The notes under the pieces: generated by a model | Told to the model about the DNA's origin: nothing | Seen by the model: only the letters and a program-made list of their open reading frames with translations | The model's database searches: none | Program-made: the position numbers and the translations under genes | Shown here: positions 23,807 to 33,818 of the stretch, piece by piece | Position numbering within the stretch: the stretch's first letter is position 1 | Layout of the letters: every line of letters begins with the position of its first letter | Origin: Candidatus Latescibacterota bacterium | GTDB taxonomy: Bacteria > Latescibacterota > UBA2968 > UBA8231 | Direction: 5' to 3' | Assembly (NCBI GenBank): GCA_965200315.1 | Contig: OZ241362.1 | Coordinates: forward strand, 128,001-192,000 | DNA: 64,000 nucleotides

Positions 23807-24909
23807 TCTACTACCTTGGGCTCTACCTGCAAGATGCTGTCGAGGTCCTGTCGTTTTTGCGCTTGGTCGATTCGATCAGCTTTCGCGCACTCTGCGGTGC
23901 GATCACTTCGTTGATCCTCACCATCCTCTGTGGCGGGCGGGTCATTCTCTACTTCTACAGCCGGGGGCACCGCGACATGCCCCGCGACTACCTCAACTCC
24001 GAGGCCGTCAGCAATCAAGCTAAAACCTACGGCGGCGTCCTGATAGTCTCCGCAATTTTGCTCAGCATCGGCCTGTGGTGCAAGCTGCACAGCTTCTTCG
24101 TTCTGTGCTGCGTGGGGGCGATTGGTTGGTTTGCCGCGCTCGGCTGGATTGACGACTTCCTCAAGGTGCGCTATCGCTCTAGCGATCGCGGGCTGTCTGA
24201 GAAGGCCAAGTTGACGCTGCAAGTAGCCTTTGGGCTGGCGTTTGGCACCCTGTACATCACCCAAGCCCTCCCAGCGGAATCGGCTGGCTTGGCGACCCAG
24301 CTTTATGTGCCCTTTTTCAAAAATCCGCTCCTCGACCTTTCGTGGGGCTATGTGCTTTTTATCGCTTTCACGGTGACGGCCATTTCCAACTCGGTCAATC
24401 TCGCCGACGGGATCGACGGATTGGCCATTGTGCCGACTTCTTTTGTCGTGGCGGTCTTTGGGGTGTTCGCCTATGTATCCAGCCACGCCGAGATCTCGGC
24501 GTTTCTGATCTTTCCCTTTATGCCGGGCGTGGGGGAAGTCGCCGTGATCTGCTCCATTGTCTTTGGGGCCTGTCTCGGCTTTTTGTGGTTCAATTCCTAT
24601 CCGGCCAACGTCATCATGGGCGATACCGGCTCCATGGCGCTGGGCGGCTTGTTGGGCACGGTCGCCGTTTTGGTCAAACAGGAATTCCTCTTTTTAATCG
24701 TCGGGGGGATCTTCGTCGGCGAGACGCTGTCGGTGCTAATCCAGGAAAAGATCGGCATCCGCTGGCTGGGGCGGCGCTTTTTTACCCGCTCGCCGATTCA
24801 CCACCACTATCAACAGCGCGGCTTGGCCGACACCAAGATCGTCATTCGCTTCTGGATCGTGGCCGGCATCTTGGCACTGTGCGGCTTAGCGACGCTCAAA
24901 ATCCGCTAA
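23803..24909 (+). CDS. mraY: Phospho-N-acetylmuramoyl-pentapeptide transferase MraY
   Basis: GWIDDFLK, SNSVNLADGIDGLA, WFNSYPANVIMGDTGS and PIHHHY motifs; multi-TM; ATGA overlap with murG. Confidence 0.95.
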   Translation: MIYYLGLYLQDAVEVLSFLRLVDSISFRALCGAITSLILTILCGGRVILYFYSRGHRDMPRDYLNSEAVSNQAKTYGGVLIVSAILLSIGLWCKLHSFFVLCCVGAIGWFAALGWIDDFLKVRYRSSDRGLSEKAKLTLQVAFGLAFGTLYITQALPAESAGLATQLYVPFFKNPLLDLSWGYVLFIAFTVTAISNSVNLADGIDGLAIVPTSFVVAVFGVFAYVSSHAEISAFLIFPFMPGVGEVAVICSIVFGACLGFLWFNSYPANVIMGDTGSMALGGLLGTVAVLVKQEFLFLIVGGIFVGETLSVLIQEKIGIRWLGRRFFTRSPIHHHYQQRGLADTKIVIRFWIVAGILALCGLATLKIR

Positions 24910-24914
24910 TTTAG

Positions 24915-24974
24915 TTGGGAATTGGGAATTGGGAATTGGGAATTGGGGTGGAGTAATTCTCAATTCTCAATTCT
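24915..24974 (+). repeat. Heptamer tandem repeats (TTGGGAA x4, AATTCTC x~3) forming a possible hairpin between convergent genes
   Basis: Directly visible; GGGAATT can pair with AATTCTC using a G-U pair on the + transcript. Confidence 0.75.
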
Positions 24975-25443
24975 ATAGATAGAGGCCATAGGCGCAGAGA
25001 AGGACGATGGCTGCGCCTAGCAGGAGGGCCGCGGACGTGGGAAGCGGCACAGGCTGGCGCTGGCTCTCGTGCTGATAGCGGCGGTACTCGGCTGCCAAGA
25101 TGCGGTAGCCGGAAACGAGCGCGGCGATGAGGCCGGCGATGAAGCAGGTAATGACTACCGTATCGGTCGAGAATGCGCGGGCGATGCTAGCGGCATAGGA
25201 ACCAACGTTGAGCAGCAGGCCGTACCGCTTCGTCAGCAGGCCGTAGAGTACGAGCCCCACGCAAAACGAGCCGACGACCAGCGCCGCGAAGATCGCCAGC
25301 CAGTCGCGCGCCTCAGAGAGCGCTAAGAGGCCCGTGCCAATGAGCAGGTGGAGCCACATCCCGACATAGGCGTAGAAGAAGGACGTGCGTTTAAACGGCG
25401 TGTGCCCCATTAGATAGTGGGCAAAAGCAGTGAACTTAGGCAT
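24973..25443 (-). CDS. Hypothetical integral membrane protein
   Basis: 156 aa with 4-5 hydrophobic segments; divergent from recG. Confidence 0.7.
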   Translation of the reverse strand: MPKFTAFAHYLMGHTPFKRTSFFYAYVGMWLHLLIGTGLLALSEARDWLAIFAALVVGSFCVGLVLYGLLTKRYGLLLNVGSYAASIARAFSTDTVVITCFIAGLIAALVSGYRILAAEYRRYQHESQRQPVPLPTSAALLLGAAIVLLCAYGLYL

Positions 25444-25499
25444 GGCAATATGCGGCCAAAGATAGGCCGCCGCCCGGTCGCGTCAACGCATGGCCAACC

Positions 25500-27503
25500 A
25501 TGGAAATTCTGTCCATCCCCATTGAAAAAGTCAAAGGCGTAGGGGCCAAACGTGCGTCCGTGCTCAGAGAGGTAGAGATTTTGACGCTGGGCGATTTGTT
25601 GTACTACCTGCCGCGCCGCTATCTCGACCGTACGCAGATTTTGCCCATGGCCCGCACGCCAATCGGCCAAGAGGTGACCCTCATCGGCCAAGTGCGCCAG
25701 ACGCGCTTCATCCCCGGGCCGCGGCCTCGCTTCGTGATGGTGGTTGCCGACGAGACCGACGATATCACCTGCACCTTTTTTCAAGGGGGGCGCTACTTGC
25801 AGCGCCACTTTGCCGTCGGCGACGAGCTAGCTATAAGCGGCAAGGTCGATCTGTTCCAAGGGCGGCGGCAGATGGTCCATCCCGAATACGAATTCCTACT
25901 CGGAGCGGAGCGGCTCCACACGGGCGTAGTTGTCCCGCTCTATACGACTAGTGCCGATATGAAGGAGCGCGGCCTGCGCAGTCGGGGGTTCCGCCGCTTG
26001 ATAAGCGAGGCTCTAGACGCCTTTGCCGAGCGGATCGAAGACGATTTGCCCGCAGCCTTGCGGCAGCGCTTGGGCCTTGCAGAGTTGGGCACTAGTCTGC
26101 GCCAAGTGCATTTTCCCGCCAGCCTTGCCGAAGCGGAGCGCGCACGGCAGCGCTTGGCTTTTGGCGAGCTTTTTGCCTTCCAACTGCGCTTGGCGCGGCG
26201 GCGCAAAAAAAACCGCGCGCAGGCCGACGGCATTGCCTTTGCGCCCAGCGCGAAACTGGTGCCGGCTCTGTGGGATTCGCTGTCGTTTGCCCCCACGCGC
26301 GCCCAACGCCGGGTCGTCGCCGAGATCGCCGCGCAGATGCAGCGCCCCCAAGGTATGAATCGCCTCGTCCAAGGCGACGTTGGCTCGGGCAAGACCTTGG
26401 TGGGTTTGTGCGCGATGCTGACGGCTGTGGAGAACGGCTACCAGTCAGCAATGATGGCCCCGACCGAGATCCTCGCCGAGCAGCACTTTTTTACCATCCA
26501 AGCACTCGTCGCGCCGCTCGGCCTGACAGTAGTTTTCCTCAAGGGCGGCCAGCGCAAGGCGCTCCGGCAGGAGCTGTTGACGGCCATTGAAAGCGGCGCG
26601 GCCCACATTGTGGTGGGCACCCACGCGCTGATTCAGGAGCAGGTGCAGTTTGCCCGCTTGGGGCTGGCGGTCATCGACGAGCAGCATCGCTTTGGGGTCG
26701 TGCAGCGCGGCGCGCTCTACAAGAAGGGTGCCAAGCCCGATTTGCTCGTGATGACGGCCACGCCCATCCCGCGGACCTTGGCCCTGACTCTGTACGGCGA
26801 GCTAGACGTGTCGGTCATCGACGAGCTGCCTCCTGGGCGCAAGCCGATCCGCACGGCCCTGCGCGGCAACGAGCGCCGCGAGGCGATCTTTGAGTTTGCC
26901 GGCGATCAGGTGCGCCAAGGGCGGCAAGTGTACGTGGTGTACCCGCTGATCGAAGAGTCGGAAAAGGCCGATTACAAATCCGCGGTCGAAGCCTACGACG
27001 AACTGCGCCACGGCCCGTTGGCCGACTTTGCCGTGGCCTTGCTGCACGGGCGCATGGCAGCCGAAGAAAAAGCCGCGGTCATGGAGGATTTTAAGCAAAA
27101 CCGGGTCCAAGTCTTGGTCTGCACCACCGTCGTCGAGGTCGGGGTGGATGTGCCCAATGCCACGGTTATGATCATCGAACACGCCGAGCGCTTTGGCTTG
27201 GCGCAGTTGCACCAGTTGCGCGGCCGCGTGGGGCGCGGTGGCGAGCAGTCGTTTTGCATCCTCATCAGCTATGCCCACGCCGGGGCCGAGCTGGCGGATT
27301 CGCGCGAGCGGCTCCAGACCATGGCGCGCACCCAAGACGGCTTTGAGATCGCGGAAAAGGATTTGCAACTGCGCGGCCCGGGCGAGTTCTTCGGTGTGCG
27401 CCAGGCCGGGATGCCCACATTTAAGGCGGCGGACTTGGTCGCCGACGGGGACTTGCTGCAAAGCGCACGCCAAGAAGCCATGCGGATTGTAGATAGCGAA
27501 TAG
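25500..27503 (+). CDS. recG: ATP-dependent DNA helicase RecG
   Basis: QGDVGSGKT, APTEILAEQH, DEQHRFG, MTATPIPRTL, QLHQLRGRVGRG and DLQLRGPG. Confidence 0.98.
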   Translation: MEILSIPIEKVKGVGAKRASVLREVEILTLGDLLYYLPRRYLDRTQILPMARTPIGQEVTLIGQVRQTRFIPGPRPRFVMVVADETDDITCTFFQGGRYLQRHFAVGDELAISGKVDLFQGRRQMVHPEYEFLLGAERLHTGVVVPLYTTSADMKERGLRSRGFRRLISEALDAFAERIEDDLPAALRQRLGLAELGTSLRQVHFPASLAEAERARQRLAFGELFAFQLRLARRRKKNRAQADGIAFAPSAKLVPALWDSLSFAPTRAQRRVVAEIAAQMQRPQGMNRLVQGDVGSGKTLVGLCAMLTAVENGYQSAMMAPTEILAEQHFFTIQALVAPLGLTVVFLKGGQRKALRQELLTAIESGAAHIVVGTHALIQEQVQFARLGLAVIDEQHRFGVVQRGALYKKGAKPDLLVMTATPIPRTLALTLYGELDVSVIDELPPGRKPIRTALRGNERREAIFEFAGDQVRQGRQVYVVYPLIEESEKADYKSAVEAYDELRHGPLADFAVALLHGRMAAEEKAAVMEDFKQNRVQVLVCTTVVEVGVDVPNATVMIIEHAERFGLAQLHQLRGRVGRGGEQSFCILISYAHAGAELADSRERLQTMARTQDGFEIAEKDLQLRGPGEFFGVRQAGMPTFKAADLVADGDLLQSARQEAMRIVDSE

Positions 27504-27511
27504 GAAGTGCC

Positions 27512-28642
27512 ATGAAAAATGAAAGCCTCATTCCGCCCGCGGATTTTGTCGGGATCGACGCGGTAACCCATCTCTGCACCGGGGGCGAAGCTCCTTGGCT
27601 AAAAGGGCAGAGCGCGGTGTACTCGGAATTTGCCCAGTGCAAAAGCGGCGGCGACCGCGGGCGCAGCGCCATCTACGCCCGTGGTGCCCGCTGCCGCCAG
27701 CGCATGGGGCAATTGTGGGAGGTTGCGGCCGAGCGGATCGCCTTTATGCCTTCGGCCGCTGAGGGCATGGCTTGGTTGGCGCGGGGCTTGGACTGGCGGC
27801 CGGGCGACAACGTGGTCACCACCAACTTGGAGTTCCCCTCGGTGGCGTACAATTGGCGCAACGTGCGCGAGCAAGGGGTTGAGCTGCGGCTGGTGTCGCA
27901 CTGCGACTGGTTGGTGCGGGAGGAAGATCTGTTGGCGGCAGTTGATGAGCGCACTCGGGTCTTGGCCGTGAGTCAAGTCAGCTTCTACACGGGACAAAAC
28001 CTCGACATAGAGCAGCTTGCAGCCGGGCTTGCTGGGCGCGACGTGCTCTTGGCGGTCGATGCGACGCACGCCGCAGGTGCAGTCGCCGTACCGGCGGCGT
28101 GTACCGACTTGTGCGTCAGTTCGTGCTACAAGTGGCTTCTGGCGACCCACGGGGTTGCGCCGTGTTATCTGAGCCAACGGGCCGAGGCGCAAGTGCGCTC
28201 TACGGCTTTTGGCTGGCGCAACTTGGCGGTGTGGCCGGCGCAAGGGGCTGAGCGCGCTCCAGATGCCGACGAAAAGCCGATGCCCGACAAAATGGAGCCG
28301 GGCAATCCGGCTATGGTAGCGGTGCTCTATCTCGACTACGCTTTGGGGCGGCTGTTGGACGTGGGGATTGAGCGGATAGAGGATCACAACCGCGACTTGT
28401 CCGAACAAATCAGCGCCGGACTGGAGCGTCTCGGGCGGCAGGTCATTTCGCCTAGTGTACGGTCGCAACGCTCGGGCAATACCTGTTTTGCGGACGACGA
28501 CGCGCACGGGCTGTGTGAGGCTCTCGCCGATCGGGGGGTGCTGGTGTGGGGGGAATACGGCCGGATGCGGGTCTCCGGGCATTTGTACAACAATAGCGAC
28601 GATGTGGAGCGTTTTTTGGCGGTCTTGGGCGAGTTGGTGTAG
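27512..28642 (+). CDS. Class V PLP-dependent aminotransferase (cysteine desulfurase-like)
   Basis: LEFPSV, VDATHAAG, SCYKWLL (PLP lysine) and RVSGHLYN. Confidence 0.88.
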   Translation: MKNESLIPPADFVGIDAVTHLCTGGEAPWLKGQSAVYSEFAQCKSGGDRGRSAIYARGARCRQRMGQLWEVAAERIAFMPSAAEGMAWLARGLDWRPGDNVVTTNLEFPSVAYNWRNVREQGVELRLVSHCDWLVREEDLLAAVDERTRVLAVSQVSFYTGQNLDIEQLAAGLAGRDVLLAVDATHAAGAVAVPAACTDLCVSSCYKWLLATHGVAPCYLSQRAEAQVRSTAFGWRNLAVWPAQGAERAPDADEKPMPDKMEPGNPAMVAVLYLDYALGRLLDVGIERIEDHNRDLSEQISAGLERLGRQVISPSVRSQRSGNTCFADDDAHGLCEALADRGVLVWGEYGRMRVSGHLYNNSDDVERFLAVLGELV

Positions 28643-28820
28643 GGAGACGAGGCATAGTATAGCAGCCCTGAATGACTTGAACGACTCGAGATATGGACCG
28701 CAGAGGGGACTGAGTACCAATCATTCTAAACCAGAGCCGCGAATTTTCGGAGCGTCTCCCCGAGTACGGCCTAATTGACGACAGCGAGTTGCGGTTGGTG
28801 ATTTGGGCGGCCTAGCCCCA

Positions 28821-30173
28821 TCAATTGCCAAAAAACTCTTCGTAGAGCGAGCGCACGGCTGCGGGAATATCTGCGGCCGCAATCCCGAACATCATGCTGA
28901 CCTCGCTCGACCCCTGATTGATCATCTCTATGTTGACGCTGGCGCGAGCAAAGGCACGGCAGGCACGGGAGGCCAAGCCAATGGTGTGGTGCATGCCCTC
29001 GCCGACGACCATCGCCAAGGCGAGACCGCGGGCGACCGACAGCTCATCTACTGCTAGCTCGGTGCGAATGCGGCGCAGAACCCGCTCTTCGGCCGCGTGG
29101 TTGAAATACGACTCGCGCACGATCACTGACATGTTGTCAATGCCCGAAGGGGTGTGCTCAAAGGAGATCCCCTCGTCCTCAAAAATGGTCAGCAAGCGGC
29201 GGCCAAAGCCCACTTCGCGGTTCATCAGGTACTTGCTGATGTATATGCTGCAAAACCCGTCGGTGGCGGCGATGCCGACGACCGGGCGGTCGCCGATCGC
29301 GCGCTCAGGGACGATGCGGGTGCCGGGTGCCTGCGGATTGTTGGTGTTTTTGACGACGACCGGGATGCCAGCGTGAAACACGGGTTCGAGGGCCTCGTCG
29401 TGAAACACGGAAAACCCCGCGTAGGACAGCTCGCGCATCTCGCGGTAGGTAATCTCGCCGACGGCGACCGGGTCGGCCACGAGCTCGGGATTGGCCGCAA
29501 AGACCGAATCGACGTCCGTGAAGTTTTCGTACACGGTCGCATCGACCGCCGCGGCGAGGATCGCGCCGGTTATATCCGAGCCGCCGCGCGAGAAAGTGAC
29601 GACGCGGCCGCTGGACGAATAGCCGAAAAAACCGGGGAAAATGGTGATGCCCGGGCGGTCTTTGAGCTGGCGCAGCTTGCCGTAGGACGCCTGCAAGACG
29701 CGGGCGTTGCCCGGCTCTTCCGAGAGGATTAGGCCGCCCTCGCCTGGGTCGAGATAGTGGGCTTCGGCCCCGCTGTGGCGCAGGTATTCGGCGACGAGGC
29801 GGGCGCAGTTGTCCTCGCCGCCGGCCTTCATGGCGTCCGCATAGAGTGCTTCGTCGCTCGGGCTCATAGCCAGCCGCCGCTCAAAGTCGGCGACAATGGG
29901 CGCGAGCGCAGTGTCTGGCAAGCCGAGGTCGCCGATGATGGCGGCATAGCGGTCGATGACGTGCGCGAGTGCAGTGCGGCCTTCTTGGTTGGTTAGCTGG
30001 GTGCGGACTACCTCGATGAGGAGGTCGGTTACTTTGGTGCCTTCCCGGTTGCGCTTGCCCGGAGCCGAAACCACCACGAGCCGCCGTGCTGGATCGGCGG
30101 TGACAATGGCGCAGATTTTCTTTATTTGCTCGGCTGACGCGAGAGACGAGCCGCCGAATTTAGCTACTTTCAT
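28821..30173 (-). CDS. lysC: Aspartate kinase (two C-terminal ACT domains)
   Basis: KFGGSS, VVSAPGKR, TFSRGGSD, TDVD and INQGSSE. Confidence 0.92.
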   Translation of the reverse strand: MKVAKFGGSSLASAEQIKKICAIVTADPARRLVVVSAPGKRNREGTKVTDLLIEVVRTQLTNQEGRTALAHVIDRYAAIIGDLGLPDTALAPIVADFERRLAMSPSDEALYADAMKAGGEDNCARLVAEYLRHSGAEAHYLDPGEGGLILSEEPGNARVLQASYGKLRQLKDRPGITIFPGFFGYSSSGRVVTFSRGGSDITGAILAAAVDATVYENFTDVDSVFAANPELVADPVAVGEITYREMRELSYAGFSVFHDEALEPVFHAGIPVVVKNTNNPQAPGTRIVPERAIGDRPVVGIAATDGFCSIYISKYLMNREVGFGRRLLTIFEDEGISFEHTPSGIDNMSVIVRESYFNHAAEERVLRRIRTELAVDELSVARGLALAMVVGEGMHHTIGLASRACRAFARASVNIEMINQGSSEVSMMFGIAAADIPAAVRSLYEEFFGN

Positions 30174-30335
30174 TGGATTCCTTTGCTAATACAGGTTTAC
30201 ATCATTAAAAAATGCACGGATCGCCGTTTTTTCAAATTTGTCTTGCAGGTGCGTTGTAGTTAGTTTATAAGGCTTATCAATTATTACTAAACGATAACAT
30301 TCATTCTGCCAAAATATCCCACGCGAAGGCCCACT

Positions 30336-31307
30336 ATGAAAGCAGTGTGTTTCCACCAGTGCGGCGGCCCTGAGGTCCTCACCTATGAGGAGGTGCCCAC
30401 GCCCACGCCCGAGCCGGGCGAAGTCGTCGTCGAGATCAAGGCCATCGGTCTAAATTACATAGACACCTATCACCGCGAAGGGCTGTACCCAGTCGATTTG
30501 CCCTGCATTCCCGGCATGGAAGCCGCCGGAGTAGTAGCGCGCGTCGGCGAGGGCGTGGAAGGCGTGCAAGTGGGCGACCGCGTGGCCTATGCTGGGGTGA
30601 TGGGGTCGTATGCCGCAGAAGCGGCTGTGCCCGCCGACCGCTTGGTCCCTCTGCCTGATTCCGCTTCCTTTCAGGAGGGAGCCGCCGCTTTGCTCCAAGG
30701 CATGACGGCGCATTACCTCGCACATGGGTCCTATCGGCTGGGCCGCGAAGACGCGGCTCTGATCCACGCCGGGGCTGGCGGCGTGGGGCTGCTCTTGATT
30801 CAGATGGCCAAGCGGTGTGGGGCGCGGGTGTTGACCACGGTCTCCACCCAAGAAAAGGAGCAACTTGTGAGGGGTGCCGGAGCCGATGAGGTCATTCGCT
30901 ATACCGAGCGCGACTTTGAGCAGGCCGTCATGGCACTCACCGACGGGCGCGGAGTCGATGTGGTGTACGATTCGGTCGGTCAGGCGACCTTTGACAAGAG
31001 CTTAAACGTGCTCAGGCCCTTGGGCTACTTGGTGTTGTTCGGGCAGTCGAGCGGCCCGGTCCCGCCCTTTGATCCCGGTATCCTCAGCGCCAAGGGGTCG
31101 CTTTTTTTGACGCGGCCAACTATGCTGCACTACATCCAGACCCGCGAGGCACTATTGGAACGCGCTGGCGCAGTGTTGGAATGGATCGCCAGCGGCGAAT
31201 TGGCGCTGCACATCAGCGAGCAGTTTGCCCTGTCGGACGCGGCGGCAGCGCACCGCGCCTTACAGGGGCGCAAGACGACCGGCAAGGTCGTCCTAATACC
31301 AGAGTGA
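30336..31307 (+). CDS. qor: NADPH:quinone oxidoreductase (zeta-crystallin MDR family)
   Basis: GLNYID, LQGMTAHYL, HAGAGGVG, YDSVG and GKVVL. Confidence 0.92.
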   Translation: MKAVCFHQCGGPEVLTYEEVPTPTPEPGEVVVEIKAIGLNYIDTYHREGLYPVDLPCIPGMEAAGVVARVGEGVEGVQVGDRVAYAGVMGSYAAEAAVPADRLVPLPDSASFQEGAAALLQGMTAHYLAHGSYRLGREDAALIHAGAGGVGLLLIQMAKRCGARVLTTVSTQEKEQLVRGAGADEVIRYTERDFEQAVMALTDGRGVDVVYDSVGQATFDKSLNVLRPLGYLVLFGQSSGPVPPFDPGILSAKGSLFLTRPTMLHYIQTREALLERAGAVLEWIASGELALHISEQFALSDAAAAHRALQGRKTTGKVVLIPE

Positions 31308-31327
31308 AGTAGCCAAGGAGACAGGCG

Positions 31328-32566
31328 ATGACAGAGGCAGATTCCAAAGACGAACTAACCCCGGCCGCAGACCCCGCTGAACAAGGCGAAAATTTTGCTC
31401 AGATGCTCGATGCTGAAGGAGCACCACCGGCGCCGACCACTAGTGAGGTCTCAGTCGGCGACGAGGTCAGCGGCGTGATCGTCAAAGTCGAGGATGAGAA
31501 CAGCTTTGTCGAGTACGGCAGTCGGGACGAGGCCATAATCCGCACCAGCGAGCTCAAAGGCCCCGATGGGGAGTTGCGCTACAAGGTCGGCGACCCGATT
31601 CGGGCCTTTGTCGTGGCTGCTGGGGACGAAGTCCTGCTCAGCCGCGGCTTGAGTCGCCAAGACGTCCAGGCCGACTTGCTCTACCAAGCATACAAGGCCG
31701 GGCTGCCCATCGAAGGCCGAGTTGACGCGGTCAACAAGGGGGGATTGGGCGTGACCATTGAGGGCGATGTGCGCGGTTTTTGCCCGATCTCACAGGTCGA
31801 TACCCAGTACGTGGAAAACGCCGAGGAGTACCGCGGCCGGACCTTGACCTTTAAAATTATCGAGTTCCGCCACCAAGGCCGCGTGATCGTCCTGTCGCGT
31901 CGGGCCTTACTCGAAGCCGAGCAGCACAAGGCCGCCGGCTTGGTGCGCAGCCAGCTAAAGAAGGATGCGCAACTGGCCGGCAAGGTAACGCGGCTGGAGT
32001 CTTTTGGTGCGTTCGTCGATTTAGGTTCCGGGGTAGAGGGCTTGGTGCATGTCTCGGAGATCAGCCATCGGCGCGTCGGCCATCCCGAGGAAGTCCTCGC
32101 GGTGGGGCAGCAGGTTCAAGTCGCGGTCTTGCGCACCAAGGACTTGGGCAATCGGCGCAAGGAGCGGATCTCGCTGTCGATCAAGTCGCTGGAAAAGGAC
32201 CCTTGGCAAGAGATCATGGAGCAGTTTGCAGTCGGCACAGTCGTCCTTGGCAAGGTTGATGGGTTGGAGGATTTTGGCGCGTTTGTCGAGTTGGCCGAAG
32301 GCGTGCGCGGGCTGGTGCATGTCTCGGAGATCGCCGACCGCCGCATCAGCCACCCACGCGAGGTGCTCTCACTCGGGGACGAGGTCAAGGTGGTGGTGCT
32401 CGAAGTGGATGTCCGCCGCCAGCGCTTGCGCCTGTCGATCAACCAAGTCGATACCCTCGAATCCGAAGCCCATCTCGCCGAGTTCCGCCAGCGGCAGCAG
32501 CAGGAAGCCGAGCAAGGCAGCAGTGCCATGCTCGACGCGCTCCGGCGCGCCAATCTAACTGATTGA
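31328..32566 (+). CDS. rpsA: Ribosomal protein S1-like protein (about four S1 domains)
   Basis: Repeated FGAFVDLG..GLVHVSEIS motifs and RISLSIK; 412 aa, so either a short S1 or a paralogue. Confidence 0.8.
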   Translation: MTEADSKDELTPAADPAEQGENFAQMLDAEGAPPAPTTSEVSVGDEVSGVIVKVEDENSFVEYGSRDEAIIRTSELKGPDGELRYKVGDPIRAFVVAAGDEVLLSRGLSRQDVQADLLYQAYKAGLPIEGRVDAVNKGGLGVTIEGDVRGFCPISQVDTQYVENAEEYRGRTLTFKIIEFRHQGRVIVLSRRALLEAEQHKAAGLVRSQLKKDAQLAGKVTRLESFGAFVDLGSGVEGLVHVSEISHRRVGHPEEVLAVGQQVQVAVLRTKDLGNRRKERISLSIKSLEKDPWQEIMEQFAVGTVVLGKVDGLEDFGAFVELAEGVRGLVHVSEIADRRISHPREVLSLGDEVKVVVLEVDVRRQRLRLSINQVDTLESEAHLAEFRQRQQQEAEQGSSAMLDALRRANLTD

Positions 32567-32567
32567 G

Positions 32568-33818
32568 ATGGGGCTGACAGACGCCATTTTTAACCACCCG
32601 CGCGCCGGGTACTACGGCGAGTATGGTGGAGCCTTTGTCCCCGAAATCCTCCGCACGACCCTCGACGAATTGACCCAAGTCTTTGCGGACGCCCGCCGCG
32701 ACCCTTCCTTTTGGGCGGAGTTTGAGCAGGTGATGCGGACGTATTCCTGCCGGCCGACCCCGATCACCTTGCTCGAAAACCTCTCCCGCGAGGTCGGCGG
32801 GGCGCGGATCTTTCTCAAACGCGAAGACCTCAACCACACAGGCGCCCACAAGGTCAACAACGTCATGGGCCAAGGTTTGTTGGTGCGCCGCATGGGCAAG
32901 AGCCGGGTCATTGCCGAGACTGGGGCCGGCCAGCACGGCGTGGCCACGGCGACGATGGCCGCTCGCTTAGGGCTGGAATGCACCATTTACATGGGGGCTG
33001 TCGATGTGGAGCGCCAGCGGCCCAACGTGTTCTGGATGGAGCAACTCGGTGCCGAGGTGGTGCCGGTGACCGATGGCTCGGCCACGCTCAAGGACGCCAT
33101 CAACGAGAGCCTCCGCGATTGGGCCTATTCCATGACCGACACTCACTATGTGCTCGGCACGGCGTGTGGCCCGCATCCCTTCCCACAAATCGTCGCCTAT
33201 TTCCAGCGGATCATCGGCGAGGAGAGCCGCCGGCAGATGCTAGGCTCAGTGGGCTGCCTGCCCGATAGGGTGTACGCTTGCGTCGGCGGCGGGTCCAACG
33301 CCACGGGTCTATTCTTGGGGTTCCTCGACGACGCGTCCGTCGAGTTGGTCGGGGTTGAGGCCGGAGGCCGGGGGCTGGAGACGGGCGATCATGCCTCGCG
33401 CTTGGCCGGCCTCGTCGGTACGCCTGGAGTTGCTCAGGGCTACAAGACCTTCTTCTTCCAAGATGCCGAAGGCCAAATGCGGCACACGCACTCGGTGGCG
33501 GCGGGGTTAGACTACATCGGCGTCAGTCCGATTCTCGCCCACTTAGCCGAGGTGGGCCGAGTGCGCATTGAGGCCGCTACCGACCAAGAAGTGATCGAAG
33601 CTCTCAAGCAGATGATGCGCAGCGAGGGGATCATCGGCGCGCTCGAAAGTACCCACGCCTTGGCCGGTGCCCTGCGCGAGGTGGGCGCGATGACGCCCGA
33701 CCAAGTGGTGCTGATTGGCCTGTCGGGCCGCGGCGACAAGGACATCTTCACGATCGCCGACGCACTCGCGGACGAAAACTGGCAGCGCTTCCTCGCCGAT
33801 AGGGCCGCTCGGTCGTGA
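32568..33818 (+). CDS. trpB: Tryptophan synthase beta chain
   Basis: KREDLNHTGAHK, AETGAGQHG, CVGGGSN and SGRGDKD. Confidence 0.97.
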   Translation: MGLTDAIFNHPRAGYYGEYGGAFVPEILRTTLDELTQVFADARRDPSFWAEFEQVMRTYSCRPTPITLLENLSREVGGARIFLKREDLNHTGAHKVNNVMGQGLLVRRMGKSRVIAETGAGQHGVATATMAARLGLECTIYMGAVDVERQRPNVFWMEQLGAEVVPVTDGSATLKDAINESLRDWAYSMTDTHYVLGTACGPHPFPQIVAYFQRIIGEESRRQMLGSVGCLPDRVYACVGGGSNATGLFLGFLDDASVELVGVEAGGRGLETGDHASRLAGLVGTPGVAQGYKTFFFQDAEGQMRHTHSVAAGLDYIGVSPILAHLAEVGRVRIEAATDQEVIEALKQMMRSEGIIGALESTHALAGALREVGAMTPDQVVLIGLSGRGDKDIFTIADALADENWQRFLADRAARS

